From: Chthonomonadales bacterium
Lineage (GTDB): Bacteria; Armatimonadota; Chthonomonadetes; Chthonomonadales; Chthonomonadaceae
Length of the DNA stretch: 10,991 nt
Reading direction: 5' to 3'
NCBI GenBank assembly: GCA_038217285.1
Contig: JBBQPO010000209.1
Coordinates: 1 to 10,991, forward strand
A model generated the notes under the pieces. The model worked only from the letters and a program-made list of their open reading frames with translations. It did no database searches and was not told the DNA's origin. The position numbers and the translations under genes were made by a program. This document shows, one piece after another, positions 1 through 7,200 of this stretch. Each line of letters opens with the position of its first letter. Within the stretch, counting starts at the first letter, position 1.

Positions 1-1
1 C

Positions 2-1036
2 TGCACCGTGGGCGGCAACGTGGCCGAGAATGCAGGCGGTCCGCACACCCTGAAATACGGCGTCACCACGAACCACATCACCGGACTGAAGATGGTGCTG
101 CCCGATGGGGAGATTATCGACCTCGGCGGCAAGGCCGAGGACTCGCCGGGATACGATCTGGTCGGTCTTGTAGTCGGCTCCGAGGGAACCATGGGGATCG
201 TCACCGAAGTGACGGTGCGTTTAACCCCCCTGCCCCAATCCGTCCGAACCCTGCTCGCCATCTTCGAGACGGTCGATCAAGCGACGCAGACCGTCTCCGA
301 CATCATTGCCGAAGGGCTCCTTCCTGCCGCTCTGGAGCTGGTCGATACCTTTATCATCAAAGCCTGTGAGGAAGCGTTTCACCTTGGTTTCCCGCTCGAT
401 GCCGAGGCCGTGCTGATTATCGAAGTGGATGGCTTGGACGTCGGGCTTGACGCGGAGGCCAACCGCGCCACCGCCATCGCCGAGCGCAACGGCGCTCGCG
501 AGGTGAGGCAGGCATCCACGGAGCTGGAGCGCGCGCTGCTCTGGAAGGCCCGTAAGCAGGCGTTTGGAGCGCTCGGTCGGCTCGGACTCGCGATGGTGAC
601 CCATGACGGCGTCATACCACGCACGAAGCTGCCGGAGGTGCTGCGCGAAGTCCGCGCCATTGCGGCGCGGCATGGTCTGGAGGTCGGCAACGTCTTCCAT
701 GCCGGCGACGGTAACCTGCACCCCAACCTGATGTTCGACGAACGCGATCCCGCCCAGGTCAAAAACGTCATGGATGCGGGCCACGAGATCCTGAAACTCT
801 GCGTGGATGTCGGCGGCTCCATTACGGGCGAACATGGAATTGGCGTCGAGAAGATCGACGCGATGCCCTGGCTCTTTTCCGAACTGGACATCGCCCTCAT
901 GGAGCGCATCAAGCTGGTGTTCAATGCGAACGAACTCTGCAATCCCGGCAAGATTTTCCCTTCCGCCAAACGCTGCTGGGAAACCGATCACGGCCCAAAC
1001 ATCGCCCAACGCGCCGGGCGCGGAGCCGCCGTCTAA
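2..1036 (+). CDS. glcD: FAD-linked oxidase, glycolate oxidase subunit GlcD / D-lactate dehydrogenase family (5'-partial)
   Basis: The frame is open from the window edge (CTVGGNVAENAGGPHTLKYGVT), so the GTG at 8 is internal. Family motifs are present: GSEGTMG, HAGDGNLHP, GGSITGEHGIG, and NPGKIFP followed by C-x-E as in GlcD. TAA stop at 1034-1036. Confidence 0.85.
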   Translation, partial: CTVGGNVAENAGGPHTLKYGVTTNHITGLKMVLPDGEIIDLGGKAEDSPGYDLVGLVVGSEGTMGIVTEVTVRLTPLPQSVRTLLAIFETVDQATQTVSDIIAEGLLPAALELVDTFIIKACEEAFHLGFPLDAEAVLIIEVDGLDVGLDAEANRATAIAERNGAREVRQASTELERALLWKARKQAFGALGRLGLAMVTHDGVIPRTKLPEVLREVRAIAARHGLEVGNVFHAGDGNLHPNLMFDERDPAQVKNVMDAGHEILKLCVDVGGSITGEHGIGVEKIDAMPWLFSELDIALMERIKLVFNANELCNPGKIFPSAKRCWETDHGPNIAQRAGRGAAV

Positions 1037-1058
1037 CTCCTGTTCTGTACGGACACAA

Positions 1059-1100
1059 GGCATTTCGGGCCGCAACGTTCGCGCTGCGGCCCGAAATGCC
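1059..1100. terminator. Strong hairpin between convergent genes (probable bidirectional terminator or 3'-end protector)
   Basis: GGCATTTCGGGCCGCA (1059-1074) is the exact reverse complement of TGCGGCCCGAAATGCC (1085-1100). Inside: an A/C mismatch, then CG-TTCG-CG. It lies between stops at 1036 (+) and 1110 (-). No U-tract on either side. Confidence 0.7.
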
Positions 1101-1109
1101 GGAGGAGCG

Positions 1110-3182
1110 TCAGGATTTGACTGCGGTGCCGTTGTCAGCGACCGAGCTGACGCCTGTCGCGACCACCGGAGCGGCCTCGACCAGGCCGGGAGCGGGAGCG
1201 ACGGGCGTGGAAGCCTTGAGTGCGTCCAGCAACGCCGCCTGAAAGACCGGATTTTCTGACAGACGCTGCGCGACCTGCTCCGCCATCTCAGGAGAGACGC
1301 CAGCGGGACCGGCGCCCGTCACTTTGGCGATAGCGGGCTGCAGAAGTCCCCCGAGTTGCGACAACAGTCCACTGACCGCATCGGCGCCGGTGCCGCTCGC
1401 GCCGTTCCGATGGCCGCTGCCATTGCTTCCATTGCCAGCGCCGGTATCCGTCAGGAATCCTTCCACCATCGACCGCACCCCGAACCCCTTGGCCATGTTG
1501 TCGAGCATGGTGGTAGCGGTCTCCGGCGTTCCGTAGAGCGTCATGTGGCCGTTGGCGAGGAAGTTGGCGAGCGCGCGGGCGAACTCCATCTGCACATCGC
1601 GCCCGGCCATGATGGTGAGTTTCTGCACCTCCAACTGGATACCGGCTTCTGCAAACTCCTGCCGGTTCTCCAGTTGCTGCCGCTCGACCTGCACCTTCGC
1701 CTGCTCGACGTTCACCTGTTCGCGGGCCACTTCCACCGCGACCATCTGCTGGGCCTTCTCTCCCCGCGCCACCATCTCCTTGGCCTGTGCCTCAGCCTCC
1801 GCGATCTGTCGCTTGGCCTCTCCCTGCTTGGTCGCCGCCTCCTTGTCTGCATCCGCCTGTTTTATCCGCGAGTAGGCGTCTACGTCGGCCAGAGACTGTT
1901 GCCGCAGCTTGTTCTGTTCGATCTCCTGCCGTGCCGCGATCAGCTTCTTGCTGGCTTCGCGGTCGGCTTCCGCAAGCTGGGTCACAGTCTGCACCGACTG
2001 ACTTGCCGTTTCGCGGTCTGCCTGCGCCAGAAAGGAGGCTTCCTCGGCCTTGGCACGCGCGGCTTCCTGGTCCGCAACCGCGATCTGCTTCTGTCGCTCG
2101 GCCACCGAAACACTCTTATCCCGCTCGACCGTGGCCATCTGAATGGCCTGCTCCTTCACGACCTGGGCCGTCTGCACAGCCTGTTCCTGCTGCGCGCGGG
2201 CCACCTCGACTGCCTGTTGGCGGGCGATCTCCTGCGCCTGGACCTGTTTGTCCTTTTCGATCTTCGCCAGTTCGACCTGTCGCTGCTGGGTGATGACCGC
2301 CTCCTGCGCCTCTCGCTCTTTGTCAGCACGTATTTTGGCGATCTCCGTCGCCTGTTGGGCCTCGGTTTCGGCCTGCTGCTGCTCCAGCGCCAGGATCTCC
2401 TGCCGGGTCGAGACGTCCTTGATCCGTCGGGAGCGCTCCGCCTCTCGCTCCAGGTGGTTGCGCTCGACCGCCGCCTGCGCCGTGATCTCGGTGATCTTGC
2501 GTTTACCCTGCGCATCGAAGACGTTGTTGTCGGAGAGTTCGGCCGGATCGGTCTGGTCCAGCTCGGAAATCGTCACCGATTCCAGCAGCAGACCGTTGGA
2601 CTCCAGGTCCGACTTGACATGCTCCTTGACTCGCTCCGCAAACTCGTCCCGTTTGGTGTGTATCTCGAACAGGTCCATCTGCGAGGCGATGGCGCGTAAG
2701 GCAGAGACCAGTTTTTCACTGACCAGCGCTTCCACCGCTTCGGCATTGACCGAGCTGTCCCCGAGCGAACGGGCCGCATTCAGGATATGCTCTTTATCGG
2801 CCTGAACGCGGATATAGAACTGCGCCAGCACATTGGCCCGCAGGTTGTCGCGAGTGATGAGCGCGTTCTGTCCCCGCGGGTTGACCCCAAGTTTCATCGT
2901 CTTGAGATTGATCTCCAGAACGCGATGGAAGAAGGGCAGCACCAGTGCGCCGCCATCGAGAACGACATGACTGCCGCCCATGCCTGTTCGGACATACGCC
3001 TGATCGGCGCTCGTCCTGCGATAGAAGCCCATGAACGCGATAACGCCCCCGGCCAGCGCCATGACGACTCCGGCGATGGTGATCGCGATTCCGGAACCGA
3101 TCGGCAGATGAATCCCTACCAGACCGCCGAGCGTCCCGACGAACACCAGAACGAGGCCAAAAACCAGAATGATGAATCCCAT
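1110..3182 (-). CDS. Flotillin-family SPFH/band-7 membrane scaffold protein (YqiK/FloT-like), 690 aa
   Basis: Two N-terminal hydrophobic segments, then an SPFH domain with YqiK-like motifs (AYVRTGMGG..VVLDGGALVLP, ALITRDNLRANV.AQFYIRV, NGLLLESVTISELDQT, NNVFDAQG), then a long A/E/Q-rich coiled coil. SD AAGGAG lies 8 nt upstream of the ATG. It sits directly downstream of an NfeD-like gene, the usual partner. Confidence 0.93.
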   Translation of the reverse strand: MGFIILVFGLVLVFVGTLGGLVGIHLPIGSGIAITIAGVVMALAGGVIAFMGFYRRTSADQAYVRTGMGGSHVVLDGGALVLPFFHRVLEINLKTMKLGVNPRGQNALITRDNLRANVLAQFYIRVQADKEHILNAARSLGDSSVNAEAVEALVSEKLVSALRAIASQMDLFEIHTKRDEFAERVKEHVKSDLESNGLLLESVTISELDQTDPAELSDNNVFDAQGKRKITEITAQAAVERNHLEREAERSRRIKDVSTRQEILALEQQQAETEAQQATEIAKIRADKEREAQEAVITQQRQVELAKIEKDKQVQAQEIARQQAVEVARAQQEQAVQTAQVVKEQAIQMATVERDKSVSVAERQKQIAVADQEAARAKAEEASFLAQADRETASQSVQTVTQLAEADREASKKLIAARQEIEQNKLRQQSLADVDAYSRIKQADADKEAATKQGEAKRQIAEAEAQAKEMVARGEKAQQMVAVEVAREQVNVEQAKVQVERQQLENRQEFAEAGIQLEVQKLTIMAGRDVQMEFARALANFLANGHMTLYGTPETATTMLDNMAKGFGVRSMVEGFLTDTGAGNGSNGSGHRNGASGTGADAVSGLLSQLGGLLQPAIAKVTGAGPAGVSPEMAEQVAQRLSENPVFQAALLDALKASTPVAPAPGLVEAAPVVATGVSSVADNGTAVKS
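2070..2300 (-). repeat. Seven tandem 11-residue (hendecad) repeats in the flotillin coiled coil
   Basis: AVITQQRQVEL / AKIEKDKQVQA / QEIARQQAVEV / ARAQQEQAVQT / AQVVKEQAIQM / ATVERDKSVSV / AERQKQIAVAD. Ala at position 1 in 6 of 7 units and V/I at position 9 in all 7. Confidence 0.75.
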
Positions 3183-3190
3183 GATAGTCT

Positions 3191-3198
3191 CTCCTTCA
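3191..3198 (-). promoter_or_regulatory. Flotillin SD overlapping the upstream stop codon (translational coupling)
   Basis: The minus strand reads TGA-AGGAGAG-ACTATC-ATG; the last base of the TGA is the first base of AAGGAG. Confidence 0.8.
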
Positions 3199-3957
3199 AA
3201 TCATCTCTTCCACAAGCAAGCGTCCCTGCGTGTCCATGTCCAAGACCATCGCCTGTCGGCCTTTTTCTATGGTGAGTTGGCCGGGAGCGACGCGACACGT
3301 CTCGTCGTGCAGGGTTCCGAACGTGTCGTAAATATGAATGCGCCCCGAAGTCTGACTGGCGGTAAAGACGACGGTGCCCGTCAGCCCGATCAGTTCGTTG
3401 CGCGAGACGATGAGCGTCTCATCCTGCGGCATGAATCTCCCGATCAGGCTGGCAGCGACCCGTGCGCCGACGACGCCCCCAACCAGGGCGATGCCGACCA
3501 ACAGTCCGATCTTCTGCGGAGATGGCTGTTCGGAGTGGATCATCAGTTGATGCGCCCACAGGCCGCAGACTCCCCAGATAAGCAGGAATGCTTCGAGGAT
3601 CATCGCCAGGGGCGCGCGGTTCGCCCCTGTCAGGTTCAGCACCAGATGGTTGGATACAGTGACATGCGGACGGGCGTCCGTCGCCTTCTGGCCGTTGGCT
3701 GCCGCGCGCCCGGAACCAGCACCGTGGCCGGTGGTAGTGGTCTGGTGTGCTCCGTGACCGCTGGGGGCGGTGTGCGGCGCGGCGTGGGCGGCGTGGGCGG
3801 CGGGAGCATGCCCATGCAGCGCAGGGCCGTGGTGTCCGCTATGCCCACTGTGATGCCCTAGACGCAGCGAGGAGAGCAGCAGTAACACGGCGGCGGCTCC
3901 CATCGGGAGAATAAAAATCAGATAGTGCCACTGCAGTAGCATCGTTGCATTCATCAT
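3196..3957 (-). CDS. NfeD/YqiJ/YuaF-like membrane protein with a His-rich linker and C-terminal OB-fold, 253 aa
   Basis: N-terminal TM helix, His/Gly/Ala linker, LTGANRAPL (compare the LG.G.VP motif of YqiJ-like proteins), two more TM helices, then an NfeD-type beta domain (LIGLTGTV...GRIHIYDTFGTLH...IEKGRQAMVLD). Strong SD upstream; coupled to the flotillin gene. Confidence 0.88.
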   Translation of the reverse strand: MMNATMLLQWHYLIFILPMGAAAVLLLLSSLRLGHHSGHSGHHGPALHGHAPAAHAAHAAPHTAPSGHGAHQTTTTGHGAGSGRAAANGQKATDARPHVTVSNHLVLNLTGANRAPLAMILEAFLLIWGVCGLWAHQLMIHSEQPSPQKIGLLVGIALVGGVVGARVAASLIGRFMPQDETLIVSRNELIGLTGTVVFTASQTSGRIHIYDTFGTLHDETCRVAPGQLTIEKGRQAMVLDMDTQGRLLVEEMI

Positions 3958-3965
3958 CTTGAAAT

Positions 3966-3974
3966 CTCCTCCTT
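3966..3974 (-). promoter_or_regulatory. Ribosome-binding site of the nfeD-like gene
   Basis: Minus strand AAGGAGGAG, 8 nt before the ATG at 3957. Confidence 0.85.
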
Positions 3975-4029
3975 CGAGTTCAGAAGACGTACTCTGCGCG
4001 TCGGTGCTACCATCGCCTCGTCGCGCCTG

Positions 4030-4170
4030 AAAACAAAACTGTCCGCTTTAATTCCGGATGTGGCCTTCACGCCCATCGGAACTCCGGGGCCACCAGTCTG
4101 AGCAGTATCCTGCCTGCCTGATCCACCGACCGCAATCGATGTTGCGACCGATTGACCCGCAAAGGACAAT
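4030..4170 (-). ncRNA. Candidate structured 5' leader or small RNA (no known family recognised)
   Basis: Hand-folding gives a closing stem (4160-4170 with 4038-4050), a long GU-containing hairpin (4120-4157), a short GCAG-GAUA-CUGC hairpin and an 11-bp hairpin (4052-4081), followed by UUUUGUUUU (4030-4038). No covariation data are available. Confidence 0.25.
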
Positions 4171-4180
4171 AGTGTATAAT
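4152..4180 (+). promoter_or_regulatory. Sigma70-type promoter for the 4263 gene cluster
   Basis: TTGACC (4152-4157), a 17-bp spacer, then TATAAT (4175-4180): 5/6 and 6/6 matches with optimal spacing. Predicted TSS ~4186-4188. Confidence 0.85.
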
Positions 4181-4248
4181 AAGCGCGTATGGGCCATTCG
4201 GCCTTGAATTCGTTTTTTCACGATGGTACCCGTTTGTAAAGAAAAATC

Positions 4249-4254
4249 AGGAGA
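4249..4254 (+). promoter_or_regulatory. Ribosome-binding site of the 1235-aa gene
   Basis: AGGAGA, 8 nt before the ATG at 4263. This supports translation of the whole disordered N-terminus. Confidence 0.8.
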
Positions 4255-4262
4255 TATGTGTA

Positions 4263-7200
4263 ATGAGCAACGACGAACTCTTGCCGGGTTCCGAGACGCC
4301 TCCCGTCGCAGAAGAGGCCGTCCGGTCCGCGCAGGAACCGTCCGAAGCGGTTGCGCCGCCTGTGGCTCCGACTCGACGCCGTCGGTCGAAGTCACCAGGG
4401 ACTGACGCAGCAACCGTTTCCGACCCGTCCGTTACCGAAGTCCCGCCGCGAGCCACCCGCTCCCGACGTAAACCTACCCCTCAGACGCCGGACGATCCGC
4501 CGCCTGCTCCCGCCGCCGAACTGCCCGCTGCGACTGCGGGCGACTCTGCGCCTGAAAAACCTGCTCCCCGTCGTCGTCGCGTTGCCGCCAAAGCGGAAAC
4601 GCCCGTCGTGGACGCCCCCTCGAACCTCCCTGCCGAAGCCGAAACGCCGGTCGAAGAGAAGCCACGAACACGCTCTCGCCGCCGAACCCGTGCTGACGAA
4701 GAGACGCCTGCGCCCGAACTGGAGCCAAAGGCCGCCGCAGCGGAAGCCGTGCAGACGGCTCCGGACGCCGTCGAAGCCGTTTCTACGGACAAACCCGCTC
4801 GGGGACCGCGCTCGCGCCCACGGCGCAAATCCGAATCTCCCGCTGAGAACGTGCCGCCCGAGCCTGCGACGGTTGCCGAACCCGCCCCTTCTGCGGAGAC
4901 TCCGACCGCCGATGCCGTAGAGACCGAGACTCTTGCGCCCGAACGCCCGCGCCGACGCCGATCTTCTCGCTCCCGTCGCCGGGGAGCCAGTGGGGAAGAC
5001 GAGACAGGTACAGTCGAGGCCGAGATGGAGGTGAATGTCGAAGCGCCGCCGGTGAAGCCAGCGAGCGACGCGCTTGATACCGTCCCGGACGCGCTTCCTG
5101 CCCGAACCCGACGGCGCGGCGGTCGCGGTCGCCGCACCGGTGCGGACGAGGCAGACACAGTCGTTTCACAGGTGGCGGCGGAGCCCGAGCCGGTCGCGGT
5201 ACCGGAGCCGGTTGAAGTCCCGATCGATCGCACGGTCGGAACGCATCTGATTTCGCGGAACGGACTGCCGGAGATTCATATCGATGGAGTGGTCAAAGCG
5301 CCGTTGCTCTTCTTCGGTAATATGGATAGCCCCAAAAACAGCCAGCGCGTCCTGTCCGAGGTGCGCCGCGCTGCTGCCGCCGGGATTCACCTGCACTCCA
5401 CCCTGGTCGACCTGCCCTGCCCGCTCTCCGATTCGAGCCATGCGCTTCAGGAGATCGATGAGCGCCTCCGCGCTGTGCTCGAAGCCGACCCGGATGGCTA
5501 CGTCATGCCCCGTATCGTTTTCGTACCGGCGCGCGGTTGGAAGCGCGAATATCCGACCGACATCGCGACCTATGCCGATGGAACCACCGGCGATCCCTCG
5601 CTTACCAGCGCGCGATTCTGGCAGGAGGCCGAACGCTCCCTCTCCACCCTGATCTCCCATCTCAGCGAATACTCCTGGGGGCGGCGGGTCTTCGGCTATC
5701 ATCTGGAACGCGGCGAATGGTTCCAGTCCGCCGACCAGGGCTTCGACCGGAGCGTTGCCAACCGCGATGCCTTCCGCGACTGGCTCCGCGCCCGCTACAA
5801 CGACAACCTGGTCGGCCTGCGAGGCGCATGGTACGATGGCGAAGTGCAGTTCCATACGGCCGAAATCCCGCCGCTGCCAACGCGATCCAATCCCCAACGC
5901 GCCTTTTTCGAGACGCGGCGGGAACGCCGCGTGATCGATTTCTATGAGTTCACGTCGGAGAGCACGGCGCAACGCCTGATCGCCCTTTCGAAAGCCATCA
6001 AGAAGGCGGCCGGACATCAGGCGCTCGTCTCCGTCTGTTACGGATATACCCTGGAGTTCGGGCACGGTTTCAGCGGCCATCTCGCGTTGGGCCTGCTCGA
6101 AACGGCCCCGACCGTCGATCTTATCTGCGGGCCGCCCTCCTACCGTGACCGCACTGCGACCGGAGCCGCTTCTTTGCCCGCTCCGGTCGATTCACCCCCG
6201 CTTCATGGCAAGCTCTGGCTCACCGAAGACGATACCAAGACCTATCTCGCGCCCGTTCAGCAGGACCCCGACGACTTCAACCCGCGCCTCGAGGATCGGT
6301 TCGCGACGGAACAGGCGATGGCACGGATGCACGGCAAGACGCTGGCCCATGGCACGGGACTCGGTTTCATGGACCTATGGGGCGAAGGCTGGCTCGACGA
6401 CGAATCCCTCTGGGAGCAGATCGGCAAGTTCGCCAGTCAGTATACGACCTTCCAGACACGCCGAGAATACCCGCGCGTCCCCGAGGTGGTCGTGCTTGTG
6501 GACGAGCGCAGTCTGCTGCACGTTCAGCGCGGTGAGCCGTTCTTCCGCCGCCTCACGAACGGCCTGCGGGATACGCTGCAACGTGCGGGAATCTCGTATG
6601 GCCTCTACCTTCAAAGCGATCTGACGGCCGAGAACTTCCCCACGGATGCGAAGCTCTATCTCTTCCTGACACCGTATCGGCTGCCCGTCGAACAGCGCGA
6701 CGCCATCAAAGAGAAGCTGCAGAACGGCGGCAAAACCCTGGCATGGCTCTATGCGCCCGGATCGTGTGAGGAGCGGCCCAGTATCGGCGGTATTCTTGAA
6801 GATGGGACCAACGGTACGGTCGGAATGACCCTGCGCCCGCAAGAATGGAACTCGGAAATCGGATCGCGACTCCTGGAGCCGCGCCATCCCCTGCTGGAAC
6901 GTCTCACCGGCCGCGAGCTCGGCACAAGGGAGCGTCTGAATCCTTCTTACTACGTCGCCGATGAAGGCGCCAAAGTGCTGGCCGAGTATCAGGGATCGGG
7001 ACTGCCCTCAATCGCCGTCAAAGAGAACGCGGGCTGGAAGTCGGTCTTCATCGGGGAACCGGTTTTGCCGCTCGAACTGTTGCGTGGGATCTGCCACTAC
7101 GCGGGAGTCCACCTCTGGACGCCGCAGGGCGACGACGTCGTTTCGGTCGGAGGCGGATGGGTCACCGTTCATGCCGCGCGGGACGGTCAGCGCACGCTGC

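Noticed and set aside
221-3861. Long alternative ORFs (221-1075, 379-969, 1356-2699, 2143-2805, 2787-3275, 3169-3861 and others)
   Set aside because: They are antisense or frame-shifted shadows of well-supported genes, as expected in high-GC DNA with strong codon bias.
3985-4018. Fluoride (crcB) riboswitch-like start GGCGATGGTAGCACC on the minus strand
   Set aside because: P1 has a C-A mismatch, the downstream UAAUGRC...CUAC element is absent, and the downstream genes are not fluoride-related.
4032-4055. ECF-sigma-like promoter GGAAT-N16-GTT on the minus strand (flotillin operons are often ECF-controlled)
   Set aside because: The match is short, the spacing is atypical for GGAAT...GTT promoters, and it cannot be told from chance without knowing the host's ECF sigma factors.
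4263-4400. Tat signal in the 1235-aa protein (TRRRRS)
   Set aside because: The arginines are at aa 38-41 with no FLK-like continuation and no hydrophobic h-region; they are the first of seven similar Arg patches.
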